The notes under the pieces: generated by a model
Told to the model about the DNA's origin: nothing
Database searches by the model: none
What the model saw: only the letters and a program-made list of their open reading frames with translations
Program-made: the position numbers and the translations under genes
In this document: piece after piece, positions 57,011-64,000 of the stretch
Layout: every line of letters begins with the position of its first letter
Position numbering within the stretch: position 1 is the stretch's first letter
From: Syntrophothermus sp. DTU052
GTDB taxonomy: Bacteria > Bacillota > Syntrophomonadia > Syntrophomonadales > DTU052
Reading direction: 5' to 3'
Assembly (NCBI GenBank): GCA_001512495.1
Contig: LFRU01000032.1
Span: 45,765-109,764 of the forward strand
Length of the DNA: 64,000 nt

Positions 57011-57313
57011 GTGGCGGCAATACTTGACAATACTATTGTTCAACTGGTAGTGGTAATCGTCGGTATTTGGGCTTTTTGGAAATTCTGCACCTTTGCCAAG
57101 AAGTTTTCTCTTCCTGGTAAGGTTAAGTTGGTGACATACATCATAACCGGCTTAGGTGTAGTGTTTTTGAATTGGCTTTTCAGTTCTGCCAAGCAAGGAA
57201 TGGGAGCACAAGTGGTGCTGACCAATCCCAAGCTGATGGCAGTTACGATTATTGCATCGCTTTTTATGGTGCTTCTTTTCTCCTTTGCTTTGATGGCGGA
57301 GACAAAGGCATAA
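57011..57313 (+). CDS. Hypothetical small membrane protein (3 predicted TM helices)
   Basis: The GTG at 57011 follows GAGGAGGTG, giving 100 aa, hydrophobic throughout. A strong terminator follows. Confidence 0.55.
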   Translation: MAAILDNTIVQLVVVIVGIWAFWKFCTFAKKFSLPGKVKLVTYIITGLGVVFLNWLFSSAKQGMGAQVVLTNPKLMAVTIIASLFMVLLFSFALMAETKA

Positions 57314-57327
57314 TCAGACTATCGGCA

Positions 57328-57350
57328 GGCGGCAGGAGCCGCCTTTTTTT
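57328..57350 (+). terminator. Rho-independent terminator
   Basis: ggcggc agga gccgcc followed by T7. Confidence 0.8.
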
Positions 57351-57505
57351 GTGGGTAGTTTGGATAACCTGTCCCGACACTCCGTTTAGGATTATAATAA
57401 ACTGTGGGCCTTGAAAAACCCGTTGCGGGTATCCTTTTAAGCGAGGCTGTCATCTGGTCAACCAGAGCTTCGGGCATAATCATAAATAAATCGGAGGTTA
57501 ACCCA

Positions 57506-58294
57506 GTGGCTAAGGAGATAGTAACAACCCGCAAAATAGCCCGGTTTGATATGAACCGCGGTCTTACCGAATTGGAAGACGTAGTGGTCAGCGAACAGGC
57601 CCTTACCATACACGTTAACGGATCGGAACTGGTCACCCTATTATGTACCCCGGAACACCTGGGGGATTTAGCGATCGGGTATTTGGCCGGCGAAGGATTT
57701 ATAAAAGACCCTGATGATATCATGGAGCTTAAAGTGAATCAGGAAACTGGAGAATGCATGGTGCTCCTGAAAGGGTCGCACAGCATCACCGAAAGGACAT
57801 ATCTCAAACGGTATGTGACGACAGGTTGCGGCAAAGGCATTTCTTTTTATCAACTCGCAGATGCACGTCTGAGCAAAGAGCTGCCCCGTGATTACCGGTT
57901 ACAACCGGCTATGATTATCGATATGATGAGAACCCTCCTGGAAAATTCAAATCTGCACCGTGATACGGGAGGAGTGCACACGGTTGCTCTGGGGCAAAAC
58001 GGGAGGCTTTTAATTCAACGGGATGACATTGGCCGACACAATGCTGTGGATAAGGTGTTCGGTTACTGCCTGCGGAATAATGTTAATACTGAGGACAAGG
58101 CCCTGGTAATAAGCGGACGTATTTCTTCCGAGATCGCCTTGAAAGCAGTCAAGATGCGGATACAGATTTTGATATCAAAATCAGCACCCACTGATATGGC
58201 GATAGAATTTGCGGAAGACTTGGGGCTTACGCTGGTCGGGTTTACCCGGGGGAGCAGGTTTAACATTTATACCCATTCGTACCGGATAGCTTAA
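57506..58294 (+). CDS. fdhD: Formate dehydrogenase accessory sulfurtransferase FdhD
   Basis: The GTG at 57506 follows GGAGG, giving 262 aa. FdhD motifs TTGCGKG and DIGRHNAVDKVFG are present. The ORF track opens at 57404. Confidence 0.9.
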   Translation: MAKEIVTTRKIARFDMNRGLTELEDVVVSEQALTIHVNGSELVTLLCTPEHLGDLAIGYLAGEGFIKDPDDIMELKVNQETGECMVLLKGSHSITERTYLKRYVTTGCGKGISFYQLADARLSKELPRDYRLQPAMIIDMMRTLLENSNLHRDTGGVHTVALGQNGRLLIQRDDIGRHNAVDKVFGYCLRNNVNTEDKALVISGRISSEIALKAVKMRIQILISKSAPTDMAIEFAEDLGLTLVGFTRGSRFNIYTHSYRIA

Positions 58295-58307
58295 GGAGGG
58301 CGTATGC

Positions 58308-58805
58308 ATGGTACCGGTGGTTTCCTTTATCGGTCGCCATAATTCGGGCAAGACCACGATCCTGGAAAAGGTCGTTAGCTATTTTTGTGCTCAGGGTTAT
58401 CGCATAGGGGTGATCAAGCATTCTTCACATGATTTCACCATAGACGTTCCGGATACGGATTCTTATCGATTGGCAAAAGCCGGAGCCCGGGCGGTGGTTG
58501 TATCCTCACCCCAGAAGATGGCTTTTTACAAACAGGTGCAGAGGGATTATCCCCTGGATGAATTGTGCCGGCTGATGCAGGAAGATGTCGACATCATTTT
58601 TGCTGAAGGCTTCAAACGGGAGCACCAGCCTAAAATCGAGGTGGCCAGGCAGTATATTAGTGGGGAGTTGATTCGACCCAGTAATCTGGTTGCTATGGTA
58701 ACAGATTTTCCGGTCAGTCAGAGCGATGTGCCGGTATTCGGATTTGACGAGGTCGAATCCTTATGTCGCTATATACAGGATATGTTTATAGACAGCAAGT
58801 ACTGA
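58308..58805 (+). CDS. mobB: Molybdopterin-guanine dinucleotide biosynthesis adapter protein MobB
   Basis: 165 aa. P-loop GRHNSGKTT, and VIKHSSHDF. Confidence 0.9.
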   Translation: MVPVVSFIGRHNSGKTTILEKVVSYFCAQGYRIGVIKHSSHDFTIDVPDTDSYRLAKAGARAVVVSSPQKMAFYKQVQRDYPLDELCRLMQEDVDIIFAEGFKREHQPKIEVARQYISGELIRPSNLVAMVTDFPVSQSDVPVFGFDEVESLCRYIQDMFIDSKY

Positions 58806-58814
58806 GGTGGTTGG

Positions 58815-60623
58815 GTGGATGATCGCTTAAAAGTTAGAATTTATACTGCGTCCGAGCCACTGGTTTCATGGGTAGATAAAGGGCAGACCGTATGGGAATC
58901 GGTGCAGCAAGCCGGGATCATACAGAGGGGCGAATGCGGGGGACGGGGATTATGCCTTAAGTGTAAGGCCCGGGTAAGTGGCGAAGTCTCGCCTCCTACC
59001 GATGAGGAACTCTCTGCTTTAAGTCCGGAAGAGATCTCCCAAGGTTACCGGTTGACCTGCAAGTGTCGCGTTCTGGGTGAAGCCTCGGTCTTCCTCCGGG
59101 ACATCAGGATCGCCGACTGCAAAACTGGGCTCTTAATGTATGAAAGGTACCCCGGTGTACTGTCAGCGATTCAAACTGTAAATACCCACATACCACGTTT
59201 TGACCGGATGAACCCCGTACCGCTGCTGGAACGAATACAGGAGGCCTTTAAGGGCTATGAGCTGGAGATAACTCCTTCCGACCTGAACATGATATCCAAA
59301 CTGGATAAGGGTGATGGCTTTAGGGTAGTCGGCGGTCTGTTTAATTCGACGGTGCTGCGTATTCATTCTCAGGGGAGCGGCTCCTTTTTGGGAGTAGCTC
59401 TCGATATTGGAACCACCTCCTTGTCCTGTGCCCTGATTGACTTAGTGAGTGGAGAGCTGCTGGGACAGGGATGTACCACCAACTCTCAGATTGCTTACGG
59501 TCGGGACATACTGGCGCGCATCAGCTATGTTATGGACAATGAGCAGGGGTTGAAGGTGCTGCAGGAAAAGGTTATGGGGGATATCTCCAGTATGATAAAA
59601 ACCTTGCTGCCCAAGCTGGATGCTGATCCTGAAGACATACTGGAGATAGCCGTAGTCGGTAATCCTGTAATGCTGCACCTTTTTCTGGGATTAGATCCCC
59701 GGGGACTGGGGCGAGCCCCCTATATGGGGTTGTTTAGAGACGCAGCTTCGGTGCGAGGGGGAGGCCTGGGAATCCCCATGCATCCTGCGGGGCGGGTCGT
59801 ATTATTACCGCAGATTGCCGGTTTTTTGGGCTCGGACATTGTTGCCTGTCTTTTGGCTATTGACGGCGGTTCCCAAGCGAGTTTTTTGCTGATAGACATA
59901 GGTACTAACGGCGAGATGGTCCTAAAACATAAAGACTTGCTGCTGGCCTGCTCCGTTGCAGCCGGACCAGCTTTTGAGGGCGGAGATATCACCAGCGGTA
60001 TGGTGGCCCGTACGGGAGCCATTGACCGCTTCTGGTTGGAGGATGGAAAGCTTAATTACAATGTGATCGGTGGCAATAAACCGGAGGGGATATGTGGATC
60101 CGGACTGATTGACCTGCTCCATATTTTTCTGGAAACCGGGGTGCTGGATGAGACTGGTCTTATTAACACAGAAAGGTACTGTGGAGCATGGCATGACACC
60201 GATAGGGGTGTGGAATTGATAATTGTCGATGGTTCCGAGACCGATTCGGGGATTCCGGTAGTTTTTAATCAACAGGATGTGCGTCAGCTCCAGTTGGCCA
60301 AAGCCGCAGTGCGAGCCGGAGTTGATATTCTGATACAGGAGGCCGCGATAGCCCCGGGGGATATAGGTGAAGTGATGTTCGCCGGTGCATTTGGCAATTA
60401 CCTGAACCCCAAATCGGTTTTGGGGATAGGTATGATTCCACAGTTTCAACCGGGGGAGATTAAGGCCATTGGGAATGCCGCTCTGCGAGGAGCTATGGCC
60501 GCCTTGCTCCTGATTCCGGAAAGAGAGAAGGCGCAGCAATATGCCGGCGAGATAAGAGCGGTGAAACTGGCTGATTACCCGGATTTCTCACGGGTGTTTA
60601 TTGCCAGTATGGCCTTGAAATAG
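58815..60623 (+). CDS. RACo-like protein: [2Fe-2S] ferredoxin domain fused to an ASKHA/DUF4445 ATPase (reductive activator of corrinoid proteins family)
   Basis: 602 aa. N-terminal plant-type ferredoxin Cys pattern (ECGGRGLCLKCK...LTCKC). ASKHA phosphate motifs (LDIGTTSLSC, IDIGTNGEMV) and a C-terminal GNAALRGA. Confidence 0.8.
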   Translation: MDDRLKVRIYTASEPLVSWVDKGQTVWESVQQAGIIQRGECGGRGLCLKCKARVSGEVSPPTDEELSALSPEEISQGYRLTCKCRVLGEASVFLRDIRIADCKTGLLMYERYPGVLSAIQTVNTHIPRFDRMNPVPLLERIQEAFKGYELEITPSDLNMISKLDKGDGFRVVGGLFNSTVLRIHSQGSGSFLGVALDIGTTSLSCALIDLVSGELLGQGCTTNSQIAYGRDILARISYVMDNEQGLKVLQEKVMGDISSMIKTLLPKLDADPEDILEIAVVGNPVMLHLFLGLDPRGLGRAPYMGLFRDAASVRGGGLGIPMHPAGRVVLLPQIAGFLGSDIVACLLAIDGGSQASFLLIDIGTNGEMVLKHKDLLLACSVAAGPAFEGGDITSGMVARTGAIDRFWLEDGKLNYNVIGGNKPEGICGSGLIDLLHIFLETGVLDETGLINTERYCGAWHDTDRGVELIIVDGSETDSGIPVVFNQQDVRQLQLAKAAVRAGVDILIQEAAIAPGDIGEVMFAGAFGNYLNPKSVLGIGMIPQFQPGEIKAIGNAALRGAMAALLLIPEREKAQQYAGEIRAVKLADYPDFSRVFIASMALK

Positions 60624-60690
60624 GGTATTGCTGCAGTACAGTAAGACCCGGTCCCGGGCTGCAGAAATCCGGCAGGGACGCGGGATGGGG

Positions 60691-62004
60691 TTACGGCAAG
60701 TTTTTAAACAGCGGGTTGATTACCATCCCGGTTAACAGCTTGGGATAAAAGTAGGTTGATTTCTGCGGCATCTTGTCTCCGGCCATGGCTACAGCAACTA
60801 CCTCCTGCACCTTGGTGGGGTTAAGCAGAAAAGCCAATTGGTGGCTTCCGTCATCAACCCTGGCTGTTGCCCATTCTCCATCCCGGGTATAATTTATGTT
60901 GTTCTGGCTTCTCCGGTCATCCTCTTTTATCCCCAGCATTTGGGAAAGAACCAGATGGTCGAGCAGGGCCACATCAAGTTTTTTCCAGGAATCGGACATC
61001 TCCTTGGGCATACGGCTTTTGGCCTGGTTCATATTTTTGATCGTCAGAAAATACAGCGATTTTTCCTGGGTGTAAAGGCCAAAGACATGCTTTTTCCTGC
61101 CCCGTTTAGCCAACTCATCCATGAAGCCGGATAGACCTTCAGAAGAATCAAACTCTTGTACTGTGAAGACCTCGGCTAAGGCCGACTTGAATACCTCAAG
61201 ATCCAGATGGTGAACATTTCTTACCACCCGATGAGTTGGTAGAATAACCAGACCTTCATCGTAGAGGTTGACCAGGGTAGCCATAACATAATCATAACCC
61301 TGATGACCTGATTCGCGCATCTGCTTGCTGTACTCCAGAGCTGTTTCATAACGGTGATGTCCATCCGCAATAAAAATCTGTTGGTCCCTGAGATTCGTGG
61401 AAACCGTTTGCAGGGTATTGTCGTCGGTGACTACCCATAAACGGTGTGACTCACCGGCCTCATCAATAATATCCAGGTCAGGCTCGCGACCCTCGATGGC
61501 CTGGCGCAGCGCATTATCTACCAGTTTTTCCGGATCGCTGTACAGCCCAAAGATGGAACTGAAGTTGCACTGGGTAGCCTGCATCAGCTGCAGACGGTCC
61601 GCTTTAGGCTTGGAGAGAGTTTCCTCATGGGGAAGGACCGAGCCTTCCGTGTAGTCTTGGAGCTTCAGGCCGCATATAAAACCACTGCGAGTAACTGTTC
61701 CCCTGGCCCCCGGGAATTCCTGCTGATAGACATACATAGCGGGCTTGGCCTCTGGCAGCAGGGTTTCATCCTCCAACCAGCGGTCCAAGTACTTTTTCGC
61801 CCGGGTATAACGGTTATTCTTTTCGTTATCATCTGGGAATACCAACCCCAGTTCCAGGCGTATGATATTAACCGGGCTTTCAGCATAGTATCTTGCCTGG
61901 GACTTCTCATCAATGATGTCATAAGGCGGGGTCATTACCGATGCCAGATTGGCGATCTTACTTTTATTGTAACGCAACCCAACAAACGGGATAATTTCGG
62001 CCAT
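60691..62004 (-). CDS. DUF1015-domain protein
   Basis: The ATG at 62004 follows GGAGG, giving 437 aa. MAEIIPFVGLRYN...MTPPYDII...IADGHHRYETAL...YFYPKL is characteristic of DUF1015. Confidence 0.85.
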   Translation of the reverse strand: MAEIIPFVGLRYNKSKIANLASVMTPPYDIIDEKSQARYYAESPVNIIRLELGLVFPDDNEKNNRYTRAKKYLDRWLEDETLLPEAKPAMYVYQQEFPGARGTVTRSGFICGLKLQDYTEGSVLPHEETLSKPKADRLQLMQATQCNFSSIFGLYSDPEKLVDNALRQAIEGREPDLDIIDEAGESHRLWVVTDDNTLQTVSTNLRDQQIFIADGHHRYETALEYSKQMRESGHQGYDYVMATLVNLYDEGLVILPTHRVVRNVHHLDLEVFKSALAEVFTVQEFDSSEGLSGFMDELAKRGRKKHVFGLYTQEKSLYFLTIKNMNQAKSRMPKEMSDSWKKLDVALLDHLVLSQMLGIKEDDRRSQNNINYTRDGEWATARVDDGSHQLAFLLNPTKVQEVVAVAMAGDKMPQKSTYFYPKLLTGMVINPLFKNLP

Positions 62005-62315
62005 GGAACAGTTTCCTCCTATACCTATCAATACTCACAATTCTATAATACTTGGAATGATCTTCGCAATGAGATTTTACAGGAACATCAGCACCAACCA
62101 TTGAATACAAACGGAACATATATTTGCCCTGGCGGACTTGTACCTTTTTCCTCGTCTAAGCCCCCTATTTAATCTACGTATATTTGGCAGTACCTTATTA
62201 CAGGTGACCGGGGGCTTTCTTGCATTTTACAAACCATAGTGCTTTAATTTAGACGTGTAAAGTAAAATCTGGTCTATTTGGAATGGTTATCTTTGTGGGT
62301 TTGACGGAGGCTTAA

Positions 62316-63110
62316 GTGCTGATCGACTATCATGTCCATGCTTTGGCCCATGGTGAATACGAGTATTCTTTCTCATGGATCGAGGAATATCTTCGCCGGG
62401 CTCAGGCTCAAAATATAGCCCAAATCGGATTCAGCGAACATGACTGGTTCGAAGAGCGGATAGATATTGAATTGGTCAAAGGGGTTGCTGCTCGTTCTGA
62501 ATTCTGCAGAATGATGGTCAGAGTGGGAATTGAAGTGGACTATAAACCGGGGAGAGAGCCGGAGATAAGTAGGATTCTAGCACAGAAACCCTATGATTTC
62601 GTCATCGGTTCGGTCCATCACCTAGGAGAATGGCCGTTTGATCACCCGGATCATAAAAATGGCTTTCTGCAAAGGGAAATCGATGAGATCTATCAAGAGT
62701 ACTATGCAATGATCGACCGGGCTGTAAAATCGAACCTGTTTGATGTTGTGGGTCATCTTGATCTGATTAAGGTCTGGGGGTTCAAACCGACTGCTCGTCA
62801 GGAAAACCATTTTATCAAACCGCTTTTGCGCGGGATGAGGATGTCGGGCACGGTGGTGGAAATAAACACCGGCGGCCTTCGTAAGCCGGTCAAGGAGATG
62901 TATCCCAGCGAATTACTGTTGCGAGATTTATTTGCCCATAATATCCCCATTACCTTTGGCTCGGATGCTCATCACCCTGAGGAGTTGGGAAGCGGGCTTT
63001 CTGCAGCCTTGCAGACCGCTTGGAAGGTTGGCTACCGGAAGGCATCGGGATTTACCAGGAGACAAAGCACTTCTTATCCATTATCTGAAATAAGGCAGGG
63101 GATCTCATGA
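62316..63110 (+). CDS. PHP-family histidinol-phosphatase (HisJ/HisK type)
   Basis: 264 aa. IDYHVH, GFSEHD, SVHH, HLD, and FGSDAHHPEE. Confidence 0.85.
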   Translation: MLIDYHVHALAHGEYEYSFSWIEEYLRRAQAQNIAQIGFSEHDWFEERIDIELVKGVAARSEFCRMMVRVGIEVDYKPGREPEISRILAQKPYDFVIGSVHHLGEWPFDHPDHKNGFLQREIDEIYQEYYAMIDRAVKSNLFDVVGHLDLIKVWGFKPTARQENHFIKPLLRGMRMSGTVVEINTGGLRKPVKEMYPSELLLRDLFAHNIPITFGSDAHHPEELGSGLSAALQTAWKVGYRKASGFTRRQSTSYPLSEIRQGIS

Positions 63111-64000
63111 ACAGTATTGCAATTCTGGTGGTAAGCCTCGGGATCATTTTAATCGGGGCTGAGCTGTTCACCAATGCGGTTGAATGGTTGGGCAAGAAAT
63201 TGAACCTATCCGAGGGAGCGGTAGGAAGCATACTGGCGGCGGTGGGGACTGCGCTGCCGGAGACTATGATTCCGATTATTGCTCTGATCGGAGGAGGGGC
63301 GGAAGCTGTTAGCATTGGAACCGGGGCCATACTGGGCGCGCCGTTGATGCTGTCGACCCTGGCTATGTTTGTTACCGGTTTTTCCATTGTGCTTTTTCGA
63401 AGACGCCGTGAACACGGGGTAAAGGTAAATGCCAACCCTGAGGTGATGAAAAGGGACTTGGGGATTTTCATGATCGTTTTTACGGCTGCCTTGCTGGCAG
63501 GGACTATGCCGGCTGAGATGAGAAAATGGCAGCTTATTGTGGGCACAGCCATGGTTTTATCGTACTTCTTATATGTGATAGCTACCCTGCAGGACGATAG
63601 TGTGCCGGAGCAGGATCATCTAAGCCCTTGTTATTTTGCGCCCCGTATGATTATACCGAGAATGAGAGTTGTACTCCTGCAGTTGGCCGTGGCTCTGGCC
63701 TTGATTATAGGTGGTGCCCATCTTTTCGTGGGAGCCATAGAGACGGTGGCCCTGGCCTTTGGAGTTCCCGCATTTGTGTTGTCCTTGGTGATTGCGCCGG
63801 TAGCAACGGAATTGCCCGAGAAGTTTAACAGTGTCATATGGGTATCGCGAGGCAAGGATACTCTGGCCCTGGGCAATATTACCGGAGCTATGGTGTTTCA
63901 AGGATCCTTGATTCCTGCTCTGGGCATATTTCTTACCGACTGGCAGCTGGGTACCGGAGCTCTGCTGAGCGGAGCCCTGGCCCTTATATCTTCGGCGATT
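63107..64000 (+). CDS. Sodium/calcium exchanger (CaCA) family membrane protein, 3'-truncated by the window edge
   Basis: The ATG at 63107 overlaps the preceding stop (ATGA). The product reads MNSIAILVVSLGIILIGAELFTNAVEWLGKKLNLSEGAVGSILAAVGTALPET... and later VIAPVATELPEKF...GNITGAMVFQ (alpha-1/alpha-2 repeats). It is absent from the ORF track because no stop lies inside the window. Confidence 0.8.
   Translation, partial: MNSIAILVVSLGIILIGAELFTNAVEWLGKKLNLSEGAVGSILAAVGTALPETMIPIIALIGGGAEAVSIGTGAILGAPLMLSTLAMFVTGFSIVLFRRRREHGVKVNANPEVMKRDLGIFMIVFTAALLAGTMPAEMRKWQLIVGTAMVLSYFLYVIATLQDDSVPEQDHLSPCYFAPRMIIPRMRVVLLQLAVALALIIGGAHLFVGAIETVALAFGVPAFVLSLVIAPVATELPEKFNSVIWVSRGKDTLALGNITGAMVFQGSLIPALGIFLTDWQLGTGALLSGALALISSAI

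Noticed and set aside
1-64000. CRISPR arrays, rRNA operons, prophage or defence-system genes (RT, nucleases, Cas, TA pairs).
   Set aside because: I found no regularly spaced direct repeats, no rRNA-like sequence and no ORF with the corresponding motifs while reading the window. A by-eye scan cannot formally exclude very short or degenerate elements.

Overview
This 64-kb window comes from a spore-forming Firmicute, Clostridia-like, with roughly 50% GC by eye. It is almost entirely housekeeping. Gene order is collinear with the Bacillus subtilis backbone spoIIP-lepA-hemN/W-hrcA-grpE-dnaK-dnaJ-prmA-rsmE-mtaB ... rpsU-yqeY-yqfC-yqfD-phoH-yqfF-ybeY-dgkA-cdd-era-recO-glyQS-ccpN-yqfL ... dnaG-sigA ... 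trmK-yqfO. RNA features I can support are a consensus CIRCE operator before hrcA, a glycine T-box leader before glyQS, a four-tRNA cluster (Asn, CAT, Glu, Val) after sigA, and a class-A RNase P RNA on the minus strand. I see no CRISPR array, integrase, transposase, reverse transcriptase or recognisable defence or toxin module. I cannot point to a convincing new multi-gene system. The best second-look items are departures from the conserved backbone. (1) A decayed thermosome-type (group II/III) chaperonin gene sits inside the hrcA-grpE spacer. (2) A 403-bp MITE-like element with 32-bp terminal inverted repeats and a structured core lies on the recO stop codon. (3) An Asp-box beta-propeller surface-protein gene is eroding through truncation, two frameshifts and a nonsense codon. 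(4) An ABC-ATPase relic and a small membrane ORF occupy an unusually long yqeY-yqfC gap. (5) An orphan membrane-anchored protein sits in the era-recO slot. (6) A PG_binding/LysM protein carries an unassigned His/Cys-rich C-terminal domain. (7) A minus-strand trio encodes a signal-less DNRLRE-domain protein, a DUF2642-like protein and a Zn-ribbon protein. (8) A weak candidate structured sRNA lies upstream of trmK. All calls rest on reading the sequence and the ORF translations. No database search was run.
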